From a virus (lineage: Duplodnaviria; Caudoviricetes): DNA of 25,307 nt. The notes under the pieces are model-generated. The model searched no databases. It was not told the DNA's origin and saw only the letters and a program-made list of their open reading frames with translations. The DNA lies in the IMG/VR virus record IMGVR_UViG_3300030095_002378, positions 1 to 25,307 of that record. One strand, 5' to 3'. A program made the position numbers and the translations under genes. Below are positions 15,377-24,771 of the stretch, in pieces (position 1 is the first letter of the stretch; each line of letters begins with the position of its first letter).

Positions 15377-15565
15377 ATGATACCTGCTGAACATATTGAA
15401 GAGATGATTAAAAATTCATGGATTGCAGATGCTGACAAAGTCGAGTTAGATGCTTTTTTTAAATGGTTAGAAAAATGTCCAGTTGTTTATAAAGGAATTA
15501 ATGCAGAAGAAAAAGATCATTTAATTGAATTGAATTATAAATTTAAAATTCTTAAAGAAGATTAA
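15377..15565 (+). CDS. Small hypothetical protein divergent from int
   Basis: Strong SD AAGGGAGG at 15363-70; 62 aa. The stop overlaps the convergent tail gene stop (TTAA). Confidence 0.7.
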   Translation: MIPAEHIEEMIKNSWIADADKVELDAFFKWLEKCPVVYKGINAEEKDHLIELNYKFKILKED

Positions 15566-16581
15566 AATTCTTCAACGATAGATAAACTGGTATTAAAAAC
15601 CCTTGATGCTACTTGAGTTGATTGCAATTCATTCTGTCCAAATCTAGCATATAAATAATCACCAACTGTTGTACTTGATGAATCAGGAGTAAATATAAAT
15701 GGAATATGTGATCCATTAGTTTTATTCCAAACTGCATTATAAAAATCAAATGAACTATGATTGTTTGTTGATATATCTGATGAAGTCAATTCAGTATCAT
15801 TAACGAAACTATAACTAATATTATAGCTCGTTCTACCACCAAATCTTAAAGATGTGTTTGTTCCCTTCGATCTAAATGGCTGACCTGCTGTTGTATCTGA
15901 AGATGTGAAACCCTCTAAAAATCGTGCTGAACTGAATCTTTTACCTGAGGGAGTTTCCATAATATCGTTCCCATATTCAATGGTTCTATTAACTTGTAAA
16001 TCAGGAGATCCTGATAATTCAAAAGCCATGCCAATTACAATCTGACCAATCTTTAGATCTGTGCTTGAAAAATCTCCACTTACTCCCTCTATCTGTATTC
16101 CAAAATGTTGAAAATTTTGATTAGCATCAAATTTTATAATTGAATCTCCATCATTATCAGGAGTAAAAACATCGGAACTATCATCTGCATTTATTACCTC
16201 TGTTGATGATATTTTTGCACCAGTATTGTCTAATGTGATTGCTGATGTATTTGCACAAACAAAAAATTGTGAATCGGCTGTTTTCATATTATGGTTTAAG
16301 ATTGCTACATAAGATAAAGGTATTGCTGTTCCAAAATCTAAGTTAAGTAAAACGTGGTCTGCTTTTGTAGTGCTACTTGCAGAAGTATCAAACGTAACTC
16401 TTTTCTGTGGATTCATATCAAATAACTCTTGAACAACTCCTCCACCTGATTTGATCCCAACAAAATTATTTCCACTATTAGTTGCCTGAACAGTAAAATT
16501 ATCCATCCCATATCCTCTTGAAACCATAGAGTTTATTTGATCTGTAAAAAATTTTGGAGAAACAATTCTTTGATGTGTCAT
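15562..16581 (-). CDS. Distal tail/structural protein
   Basis: 339 aa, beta-rich; last gene of the tail operon, TAATG-coupled. Confidence 0.6.
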   Translation of the reverse strand: MTHQRIVSPKFFTDQINSMVSRGYGMDNFTVQATNSGNNFVGIKSGGGVVQELFDMNPQKRVTFDTSASSTTKADHVLLNLDFGTAIPLSYVAILNHNMKTADSQFFVCANTSAITLDNTGAKISSTEVINADDSSDVFTPDNDGDSIIKFDANQNFQHFGIQIEGVSGDFSSTDLKIGQIVIGMAFELSGSPDLQVNRTIEYGNDIMETPSGKRFSSARFLEGFTSSDTTAGQPFRSKGTNTSLRFGGRTSYNISYSFVNDTELTSSDISTNNHSSFDFYNAVWNKTNGSHIPFIFTPDSSSTTVGDYLYARFGQNELQSTQVASRVFNTSLSIVEEF

Positions 16582-18842
16582 TAAGGTCTTCCTACTTCTG
16601 TAACAACAAATTCACAACCATTAGGTCGCTTTGTTGTCTGTGTAACAATAAAAATAAAATTTTCTGTCATAGAACTTCCAAAAAGTTTTATGTCAGAATC
16701 CCAGTTTGCAAAATTTATAATATCACCTACCTCAAGTGAATTGTGTTTAGGTGTTGGTACATCAAACATTATTACAAGTTTTCTGTCCTTTGAAATATCT
16801 TTGTAATAATTTGCCAAAGCATTTGCAGTTGTAGAATCAATAATTTTATCTGCTTCTAATTCCATTTTAAGTGTTTGATTTACACCACTAACTGTTGTTC
16901 CTTGTGATGTAGAATCAGTTACAGAAACAGATTGTTTTGTTTGTTTTTTTGCATAGTCATAATTGTAATCAACAGTTATAGAATTTCTTACTGCATTGAT
17001 TGGTGTCAAGGCAATACTATCTAATGTGATATGTGTGTAATCTATATTCGCAATAGCATCTGTATTATCATAGTCTGCATCTTTTTCTAATACTACTGCT
17101 TTAAAAGTTTTGCCTTGTGATAAAAAGAAAAAAGTACCACACAAAGAACCAATATTTTCAATTAAAGTTTTTGAATCAATAAATTTAATTTGTGAAAATG
17201 CAAACTTTATGTCTGTAACTGCATCATCAAAAACATTTCCAATTTTGCCATTAGAAGAATTTCCTGCAACATCAAAAGTTGTAACATCAGGTACCAAACC
17301 TAATTCAGTTCTAATAATATCTTCAACTATATAAATTGGATTTTCAATACATTCGGTTACAAAAGTACTGCCGTCGAGTGATCCATATCCGTTACTTCTT
17401 GATGCTCCACTTGACAAAATTGTCCACGTACCATATTCTCTACCTTTACCACCAAAATAAATATATTGTGCAGTTGATGGGCTTGTAATTTCTTTTGTCT
17501 GTTTGATTACTTGTCTAGGTATCATAACACGTCTGTCATGTAAAAGAAATGATTCGGTAACATTTTTTACTTCTTGAACATCTTCGACTGTTGCTGTGTA
17601 GTCTTGTTCTGCTGTGTAAGAAATTTCTAAGGCAACTTCTTTAAAAATAGCAGAAACATTAACACTTGCACCTGCATCTAGAAAAAATTCATAAGTGCTT
17701 TCAAAACTCCAATTTTCTTGCTCGGTTGTAGAAAATATTAAATTTCCTCCAGTAAGTGGTATATCAATGCTTTGCTCAAGATTAGAATCTGAAAAAGTAA
17801 CATTAACAGAATTACCAGTATTATTTGCATCTCTAAATGTGAAAGCATCTTGACCTGACCCTATAAAATCTTGAAAACTACAAAGCAAATTAATGTCTGT
17901 AATCACCCCAAGTTTTGGTTGTTTAGGAATATCAAATTGAATTGTTGCTGTGCTACCTGCATTAGCAGATAAAGTTTGACCAGTTGTAAATGTTCTGTCT
18001 GCAAGACCACTTGTATTTTTTAATTTAGGATAATAAATATTTGATGCACCACTAAATCTTATTGTTTGAATTCCACTTGAACTATTTAAAACAACACTTC
18101 CTAAATTGGCATAAACATTTTTTTGATATTGAAAAACTAAATCTGTATCTGTTGTGTTTATTGTTTCTGCATCACATTGAGCAATTACTTTGTTAAGTGA
18201 ATCGTCCCAAGTGTTGGTAATAATTGCAGGAAATCTTCCAAATGGAAATATTTTTGCAAAATTACTTGCAATTGTACCAATATTTGGATTGTCATGAAAA
18301 TCACCATATTGCATTGGTATAGGTTTACCAATGTTTTCTTCTGGTGCATCTGTTGAGGTTACGACGTTTGTTGGTAGGTCTTTATGTATTGTGCCACTTT
18401 TATCAAGCAGTTGCAAAACAACTTCATTTCTGTTATAAGTAAAATCACCTGCAATGATTCCCTCTGCTATTAAATTACTTGATGTATCGTATGGTGTAAC
18501 ACCTTGAACACATTGAAACAATTCCCATTTTCTATTTCCAAAATTTAAAGTGGATAATAAATCTGAAAATCTACCACCATTAATTGTATTTGGTGAGTTT
18601 ACTACTTTAACTGTCATGTTGCCAATGCTCGATGTAAAATTTAAATAATCAATGCTTTGAACAAAGTTTCCAAACTCTGTAATAAGTCCGTGATAGAAAT
18701 CTGCACCATCATCTCTGTTGCCATCAGACAAACCTATAAAATCACTTGATCCCTCAGCATTGTAATAAAATTTTATAACCCAAAATGTGTTGGTGTTTCT
18801 AGCATATAATCCATTGCTTAATCCTGAACTAAAACTTAACAT
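16581..18842 (-). CDS. Tail tip/baseplate hub-like protein
   Basis: 753 aa directly after the tape measure gene, with a GKPIPMQYG motif and C-terminal LEVGDII pattern. Confidence 0.65.
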   Translation of the reverse strand: MLSFSSGLSNGLYARNTNTFWVIKFYYNAEGSSDFIGLSDGNRDDGADFYHGLITEFGNFVQSIDYLNFTSSIGNMTVKVVNSPNTINGGRFSDLLSTLNFGNRKWELFQCVQGVTPYDTSSNLIAEGIIAGDFTYNRNEVVLQLLDKSGTIHKDLPTNVVTSTDAPEENIGKPIPMQYGDFHDNPNIGTIASNFAKIFPFGRFPAIITNTWDDSLNKVIAQCDAETINTTDTDLVFQYQKNVYANLGSVVLNSSSGIQTIRFSGASNIYYPKLKNTSGLADRTFTTGQTLSANAGSTATIQFDIPKQPKLGVITDINLLCSFQDFIGSGQDAFTFRDANNTGNSVNVTFSDSNLEQSIDIPLTGGNLIFSTTEQENWSFESTYEFFLDAGASVNVSAIFKEVALEISYTAEQDYTATVEDVQEVKNVTESFLLHDRRVMIPRQVIKQTKEITSPSTAQYIYFGGKGREYGTWTILSSGASRSNGYGSLDGSTFVTECIENPIYIVEDIIRTELGLVPDVTTFDVAGNSSNGKIGNVFDDAVTDIKFAFSQIKFIDSKTLIENIGSLCGTFFFLSQGKTFKAVVLEKDADYDNTDAIANIDYTHITLDSIALTPINAVRNSITVDYNYDYAKKQTKQSVSVTDSTSQGTTVSGVNQTLKMELEADKIIDSTTANALANYYKDISKDRKLVIMFDVPTPKHNSLEVGDIINFANWDSDIKLFGSSMTENFIFIVTQTTKRPNGCEFVVTEVGRP

Positions 18843-20362
18843 TATCCTAAAGCCCTTGCATTATTTAAAGCAGGGACAAGTGTATTTTTAACATAAGATT
18901 GTGAAATCAACCCACCATTGATATTGATCGTTTGATTTACTTTCGATGTTTGACCAGTAAATCCTCTTAAAAGAAAACCTCCAAAACCTCCTGCACCACC
19001 ACCTCCAGTTATTGCACCAATACTTCCACCAGTAAAAAGGTTAAGTAATGCAAAAGTTCCTGCCTTTGCTAATAATTCAGATGCGATTGCTTTTAATGAT
19101 GATACCATAGCATCTCCTAGATCTTGACCGTGTATTACAGCTGTGGCTAATGAACTTCCAAATTGTTCAACACCCATTAATGCTAATTGTTGCTTATCAT
19201 TAAAGAGTTTAAAAGTTTCATCTGTGTTTTGTATTTCACCTTTAAACCTTTCAATCTTAGGTAAAGTATTTTCAAATCCATCTCTTAGCGTTAGCATACT
19301 ATCACTTCCCATTGCATCAATTTCCTTACGAAGATCTTCTTGTGCAATTCTTGCTGTTTCATCTTCGATTGTTTTTGCTTTTAAAGCATTTTGCTCCTGC
19401 TTATATGCCTCTACTAAACCTATAATTTTTGCTCTTTGTTCATCCATTGCAGAAGTGTTTAATATTGATTCAGTACCAAAAGCGTCAAGTTCTTCAAATG
19501 CTTTTTTAATTTCAGGAGTTAAATGTTCAAATTCTAATCTATTATTAAAAATTACATTATTTGCTCTATCAATTGTGTTAAAAAAATTATTAACACCTTG
19601 AATTGATTCTGCAAAAAAACTAACACTCTCTGTAACAGCAGGTAACATTCTCTCACCCACAGCAATACCTAAATCTTCCATAGCAACATTTAACTGTTGT
19701 GTTTTTTCAGTTAAATCTAATTGTTCCTCGCCTAATTGATCAACAGCAGTTTTTGCTTGTCTCATTGCCTCATTTAAAAATGCTCTTTTTCTTTGCTCTT
19801 CAGTTAAAGTTCTTACGGCAACACCTGCTTGTTCTGCAAATGCCTTATTTGCACTACCGACATCAACCATGATTCCTAAATTATCTAACATCAATCTTGA
19901 CTGCCTACCAAGTCCAACCGTTAAAGAATTAACAGCAAAAGCAGTATCAACACCCATAGCTTTACCTAATCTCTGAGCAGTATCTAAAAGTTGTGCCATT
20001 TCATCATCATTATCAACAATTCCTAAAAGTAATGCTGTATTAGCAGACGTTAAAAGATCAGCACTACTAACTGTGTTATCTGTTGCCTCTCTTAATTTAT
20101 CTAATGTTTGAGAGGTGAAACCTGCCTCTCTTCCTAAATTCAACATGGCATTTTCTAAATCATTAATTCTTTGAGATGCTTTTGCTTGATTTGCTATAAA
20201 AGTTAATCCTTTTATAATTCCTTGTGCTGTAAAAAATGCTCCACCCACTTGAAGTGCTCTTTTTGCTAAAGCATCTAAATTTGAATCTAATTTTCTAGTT
20301 TCTCGATTTGCTTTATCTATACCTAAAATCTTATAGATTAGATTAATTGTTTTATCTGCCAC
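18842..20362 (-). CDS. Tail tape measure protein
   Basis: 506 aa, Ala/Leu-rich and helical (GLGRQSRLMLDNLGI), with a Gly-rich C-terminus; follows the chaperone pair. Confidence 0.85.
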   Translation of the reverse strand: MADKTINLIYKILGIDKANRETRKLDSNLDALAKRALQVGGAFFTAQGIIKGLTFIANQAKASQRINDLENAMLNLGREAGFTSQTLDKLREATDNTVSSADLLTSANTALLLGIVDNDDEMAQLLDTAQRLGKAMGVDTAFAVNSLTVGLGRQSRLMLDNLGIMVDVGSANKAFAEQAGVAVRTLTEEQRKRAFLNEAMRQAKTAVDQLGEEQLDLTEKTQQLNVAMEDLGIAVGERMLPAVTESVSFFAESIQGVNNFFNTIDRANNVIFNNRLEFEHLTPEIKKAFEELDAFGTESILNTSAMDEQRAKIIGLVEAYKQEQNALKAKTIEDETARIAQEDLRKEIDAMGSDSMLTLRDGFENTLPKIERFKGEIQNTDETFKLFNDKQQLALMGVEQFGSSLATAVIHGQDLGDAMVSSLKAIASELLAKAGTFALLNLFTGGSIGAITGGGGAGGFGGFLLRGFTGQTSKVNQTININGGLISQSYVKNTLVPALNNARALG

Positions 20363-20771
20363 TATTTTTCTCCATTAAATGTTTTTTTAAAAATGATATT
20401 TCATCTTTTATAACAAAAAAATCCCTGATCTTCTGTGCAGGTACATCGTTCAGGGATCTTGCTATGGGTATGTTAAAACTATCCATCAATTGATACTCTT
20501 CAATAATTCTGTCAAATTCTGAATCCCATAAATATTTAGGATTTGCAAAAAAATGAAACTGGTAAAATAACTGCTGACCAACTGAAAACTTTTTTCCATC
20601 TGCCTCCGATGCTATACGTTCTATTTCTTGCCATATTTCCTCCTCATCATATTGTATGTTTTTAAAAAGGGTAGGAGATTGAGCAGTATAATTAGTTCCT
20701 AGTGGGAGGATAACTGGGAACTGAGGTGTTTCTGTATAACCAAGTGCTGAACACCAAACAGCATAACTCAA
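20352..20771 (-). CDS. Tail assembly chaperone, gpT-like segment (likely expressed as a G-T frameshift fusion)
   Basis: In the -1 frame relative to the upstream chaperone. Its TTG start has an SD only 1 nt away. Confidence 0.7.
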   Translation of the reverse strand: MSYAVWCSALGYTETPQFPVILPLGTNYTAQSPTLFKNIQYDEEEIWQEIERIASEADGKKFSVGQQLFYQFHFFANPKYLWDSEFDRIIEEYQLMDSFNIPIARSLNDVPAQKIRDFFVIKDEISFLKKHLMEKNSGR

Positions 20772-21070
20772 TCTCCTGATTCTTTTTTTGACTCATCATC
20801 CATTCGTAAATAACGAAGTAATATTTTTTGAGCAAGTGCATCAATTTCAGGATGACTTAAACCTTTTAAAATATTTTCAGGATCATCAAAAGCAAACTCT
20901 AAACATTTTGCAATTGATTGATCATGAAGTTCCCAATCAATATTTAGTTTTGAAACTTCACCTTTTGTGTCAATTGTTGAATTTCTATAACTTTTTTTAT
21001 ACATATTATATAGTTCACGTTCTTGACCAAATGTTATGTCATTTATTTCATATTTATCTACTTTTTGCAT
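20768..21070 (-). CDS. Tail assembly chaperone, gpG-like
   Basis: 100 aa between the major tail and tape measure genes; SD GAGGAGG; slippery site near the 3' end. Confidence 0.75.
   Translation of the reverse strand: MQKVDKYEINDITFGQERELYNMYKKSYRNSTIDTKGEVSKLNIDWELHDQSIAKCLEFAFDDPENILKGLSHPEIDALAQKILLRYLRMDDESKKESGD
20783..20789 (-). other. Programmed -1 ribosomal frameshift site A-AAA-AAA
   Basis: TCA AAA AAA GAA; a -1 slip reads AGA ATC AGG AGA TTG AGT TAT, entering ORF 20352-20771 without a stop. Confidence 0.75.
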
Positions 21071-21155
21071 AGATCCTCCTCTTTTTGGATTTTGTTAAAA
21101 AACGGATTGAATAAAGGGCGTTAGAATCGACTTTCTCGACAGTAGGCGATAGTTA

Positions 21156-22166
21156 CTACGCCACTACCTGAATGACATCTCCTGATGTGTGTGCCATTGC
21201 TTTAATCGAGACATCGTGGAACATTGCAGAATTTTCACTCATTGTTAGTGCTGTAATCTTGCCATAGTCAATTTTGATGCCAAAAGTCGATGCTGAACTC
21301 CAAGTTCCGTGATTGGATAATTCACTACTGACACTACTTCCGTTTTTGAAAGTTGATGCAAGTCCTGCTGTGTTGTCATCATATTTTATACTGGCATCAA
21401 GATTTATATTAATTTCAGGAACTGCTGAAATAATAGATTCAGGTTCTGCTGTTGATCCATTAAAACCTAAAAAGTTTCTAGGATTTTCTATATTCAAAGT
21501 AAGAGATGAGATAACACAGTTTGATATTCCTGCAACTTTTCTTGTTGTATGCATATCAGTTAAAAAATAATTATTAGCACTAAAAGCAGTCATACTCGTT
21601 GGAGCAGATTGTCCATAACTTGGTGTGGATGCTGTTTGAAAAGTTCCTGACATCGTAACACGACCACTTTCTGTTCCCATATCAGCACTAATTGATAATG
21701 AAGATAAAACACAACCTTTAAAAACAATGCTGTGATCATCTCCTGCTTCAGGTGATATAAATGCAACTGTAAAAGTTTTAGTATTTGTACTTGCACTTGC
21801 ACCTATTTGTAATTCAGGAGGTGTGTAATTAAAAGGCACATCATAACTTGAGGGTCCTACATCAGTTGCAACTGCTGTGGTTGTTATTGCTTGTAATAAA
21901 ATAGGCAGAGTTGTTTGATCTGCATATCCTGAAAAAGATATTTCTTTGATGGTATGTTTTTCAGAGATGTAGGCATCTGCGACCTTGGCTGTTCTACCGT
22001 CTCCAGACCTGACATCTAAAACTTGTGTGGGTGTAATTGTAGGAAATGTAATAGCATCAATATTTAAAAGATTCATACTTGATACAATTGCAGTTCCAAT
22101 AGTTGTTTCTGGCTTTATGGACATTTTAAATTGCGAATTGGAATACCCTGCTCCGTCTAGTGCCAT
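21156..22166 (-). CDS. Major tail (tube) protein
   Basis: 336 aa, Ser/Thr-rich, with VFKGCVLSSLSI and SSLTLNIEN strands; upstream of the chaperones; SD AAGGAG. Confidence 0.75.
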   Translation of the reverse strand: MALDGAGYSNSQFKMSIKPETTIGTAIVSSMNLLNIDAITFPTITPTQVLDVRSGDGRTAKVADAYISEKHTIKEISFSGYADQTTLPILLQAITTTAVATDVGPSSYDVPFNYTPPELQIGASASTNTKTFTVAFISPEAGDDHSIVFKGCVLSSLSISADMGTESGRVTMSGTFQTASTPSYGQSAPTSMTAFSANNYFLTDMHTTRKVAGISNCVISSLTLNIENPRNFLGFNGSTAEPESIISAVPEININLDASIKYDDNTAGLASTFKNGSSVSSELSNHGTWSSASTFGIKIDYGKITALTMSENSAMFHDVSIKAMAHTSGDVIQVVA

Positions 22167-22339
22167 TACTCACTCTCCTTTGATTTTGATTGTTTGACAT
22201 ATTCTTGAGCAAGTTCAGGGATTTCTTTTAGATCAACCACCTCTCCCTTGTTCAACTTTCTCCAATCTTCTGTGTGCAATCCACTATATGAATCCCACAT
22301 TGGGATTGGTTTTTTTAAATCTTTAATTACGACTTTCAT
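22166..22339 (-). CDS. Small hypothetical protein (57 aa; not in the track)
   Basis: MKVVIKDLKKPIPMWDSYSGLHTEDWRKLNKGEVVDLKEIPELAQEYVKQSKSKESE; SD AGGAG; TAATG-coupled to the major tail gene. Confidence 0.75.
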   Translation of the reverse strand: MKVVIKDLKKPIPMWDSYSGLHTEDWRKLNKGEVVDLKEIPELAQEYVKQSKSKESE

Positions 22340-22348
22340 AAATATCTC

Positions 22349-22861
22349 CTATTCATAGTCAGGTTCTGATGAGGTACAAGAAAAAGCAAAGTTGATGACA
22401 TAGTTATCAGGTCTGTTTTCTTCTTCATCTGTTAATGCAGAATTATAAGCGACATCTCCAACGATTGCATTATGATATAAATAACTGGTTAGTAGATTCC
22501 AGTAATCCTCACTTAATGCAAAACGATCTGTTAATGTTGAAAAGATTGTTTCATCTCGTAAGGGAGATGGATTGTTTTTTATTAATCTCAACATTCTTTC
22601 AGCAATATTAGATAAATAATTACTATGTGTGTTTCTTTGAAAACCTAATCGGTTCATATAAAATCTAATATTAAAATTATAGTTTCTAATAAATCCACCT
22701 GATAAGGGTTCTACATCAGAAACAGAATCAAATAAAATATTAAAAAAAACGCTGTTTCTATATTTGTAATCTTTTTCAAATACAACTGGCATACTGAACT
22801 CCTCCGTGATCAATTGTTGGAGTTTGTTCATGATCTGTTTGCCTTTGTTTAAATATATCAT
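22349..22861 (-). CDS. Tail terminator/completion-like protein
   Basis: 170 aa between the adaptor and major tail genes; the call rests mainly on position and size. Confidence 0.5.
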   Translation of the reverse strand: MIYLNKGKQIMNKLQQLITEEFSMPVVFEKDYKYRNSVFFNILFDSVSDVEPLSGGFIRNYNFNIRFYMNRLGFQRNTHSNYLSNIAERMLRLIKNNPSPLRDETIFSTLTDRFALSEDYWNLLTSYLYHNAIVGDVAYNSALTDEEENRPDNYVINFAFSCTSSEPDYE

Positions 22862-23847
22862 CTTCTCTCGATTGTGTAGGTTTTAACTGGTGATCCACTT
22901 TCAGGTATCATTCCTGAACATTCAATCTCCCAAGTATCATTTGTGGTAAGAACCCCATAACTAAAACGAATCTCAAGTCCGTGTGCAAGTTGCTGATATG
23001 CTCCTGATATAGTTTCATCACTTACCACCTCTTTAACTTGTAAACCAGTATCATCTCCAACAAATACAGAATAGGTAACAGAACTATTTGCAGTACCTCT
23101 TGTAAGTGTTCCTCCATTAGTGATAATTACTTTAATAAAATCATCATCTGTTGCCAGTCCTCTTAGATCTGAAATGTTTGCAGTTGTATTTGAATTGACA
23201 CTTACCCTGCGAACAATCCCTTGATTCTGTCTTGATGATTTATCGTGCCATAATGAAATCTCACCTGATTTAATTAAATCTAAATATCCATTTTTTTCTT
23301 CAGGATTGTATGCAAGAGAATCTAAGTAATCCGATCTTTCCTGATCGTATGGTCTTACGATTGAAGCACAGGCAAGTAGTGCATTTGATTTAATAATAAT
23401 ATCATCATAATTCCTACTGCTTGAACCTTGTATGCCTACACCTAATCTTTTATGAATAGGTTTATTGATGTATGATCTGATGAACTCGGCTGACTTTTGT
23501 AATGCTAAAGTCTTTAAATCTGAAAAGGATCTACCACCCTCAATAGTATGATGAGTAACTGGAGTATTATCTGAACGTAAATAAACAACATCATTCGTTG
23601 AATCATAGAACCATTGCCCATCTGTATCATTTGATTGCAGGTTTGAAAGTGATGATTGTGCAGAACCTAAAGTGATATTATCCCTGAATAATTCATCAAT
23701 CGTTCCAACAGAACCTGAACGATAAACCTTACTAGAAAATGTGATCCATTCTGTGATCAATAATCTTCTATCAAATGCCTGAATATCAGGAAGATAAAAT
23801 TCTAAATCCGTGCCAGTATTGGCATACACTTCATCATATGTACTCAT
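22858..23847 (-). CDS. Head-tail adaptor-like protein (DUF1320/Mu gp36-like core with extra domains)
   Basis: Central helical segment ALQKSAEFIRSYI...LACASIV...LDLIKSGEISL; SD GGAG. Confidence 0.5.
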   Translation of the reverse strand: MSTYDEVYANTGTDLEFYLPDIQAFDRRLLITEWITFSSKVYRSGSVGTIDELFRDNITLGSAQSSLSNLQSNDTDGQWFYDSTNDVVYLRSDNTPVTHHTIEGGRSFSDLKTLALQKSAEFIRSYINKPIHKRLGVGIQGSSSRNYDDIIIKSNALLACASIVRPYDQERSDYLDSLAYNPEEKNGYLDLIKSGEISLWHDKSSRQNQGIVRRVSVNSNTTANISDLRGLATDDDFIKVIITNGGTLTRGTANSSVTYSVFVGDDTGLQVKEVVSDETISGAYQQLAHGLEIRFSYGVLTTNDTWEIECSGMIPESGSPVKTYTIERR

Positions 23848-24014
23848 AGTTCTCCAAACTCACTCCCCAGTAATTGTGGTATATCAAGATGATCAATAAC
23901 TTCAAATATCCGAATCATAATCTGTCCTTTTTCTTCAGGGCTTATTTCATCAAAATATTGCAATCGTAATACTTTCAATTGTGCTATTCCATCTCCAAGA
24001 TTAAGTTGTTCCAT
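23844..24014 (-). CDS. Small hypothetical protein (56 aa; not in the track)
   Basis: MEQLNLGDGIAQLKVLRLQYFDEISPEEKGQIMIRIFEVIDHLDIPQLLGSEFGEL; SD GAGGT; ATGA overlap with the next gene. Confidence 0.75.
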   Translation of the reverse strand: MEQLNLGDGIAQLKVLRLQYFDEISPEEKGQIMIRIFEVIDHLDIPQLLGSEFGEL

Positions 24015-24765
24015 CTATTACCTCTCCATTTAAAATTGTTTTACCCTTAATTATATCAACGATGTGTAAGATATAATCTCCACTTGAGAACCAGTCCACA
24101 ATACCAAAAGCGTGATTCCAGTTCGTTCTTCTTCCCTTAAGCCATTTATTATTTTCTGCCTCAATACTTTTTAAACATCCTAAACTGACACCTGCAATCG
24201 TACCATCAACGTGTGAGATACCCATTCTTTGCACATCGTGCATATGTCCATAAACGACATTCTTTCCAAGATTCTGAACGTGTACCCTTGTATGAAAAGC
24301 TGTGCTATAATGCCCTCCGTGATAAAAATAAAGTTTTCCAATCTTTAAATACTTTCCATATTCATAATATTTATAACCACGTTCTTTTAATTTGTATGCT
24401 TTATCAACCTTGTAATTTTTTAGGTATGGATGCTCTTCTACGAATTGATTTAACCAATCACAATGGTTACCCTCAATAAAATGTTTTTGATCACATCCTA
24501 CCTCTTTTAATGCTTTATCAAAATCATCTAAACCATTATTACCTGATTGAATATCTTTATCAATCTCAGGGATTATATATTCAAGAGGTGGTCGTTTTCT
24601 TCTTTTGTATTTCCAATGAGAAACCGACTCGTTTTCACATAAATCACCTAAATGTATGAATATATTAGGTTTTACTTTTTTGATTGCTTTGAGTACCACA
24701 TTAACTGCACTTTGTTCTTGCAATGGATAATGGGTATCACAGCAGACTATTGCTCGTCTGTGGAT
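24001..24765 (-). CDS. Calcineurin-like metallophosphoesterase
   Basis: Motifs DTH (upstream of the track start), HLGDLCE, EGNH, YHG and YGHMH. Start inferred at ATC 24765. Confidence 0.85.
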   Translation of the reverse strand: MHRRAIVCCDTHYPLQEQSAVNVVLKAIKKVKPNIFIHLGDLCENESVSHWKYKRRKRPPLEYIIPEIDKDIQSGNNGLDDFDKALKEVGCDQKHFIEGNHCDWLNQFVEEHPYLKNYKVDKAYKLKERGYKYYEYGKYLKIGKLYFYHGGHYSTAFHTRVHVQNLGKNVVYGHMHDVQRMGISHVDGTIAGVSLGCLKSIEAENNKWLKGRRTNWNHAFGIVDWFSSGDYILHIVDIIKGKTILNGEVIDGTT

Positions 24766-24771
24766 AAAGGG

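Noticed and set aside
15296-15394. N-terminal 33 aa of the 421-aa integrase ORF
   Set aside because: It overlaps the divergent gene and its SD. ATG 15295 gives a typical integrase length.
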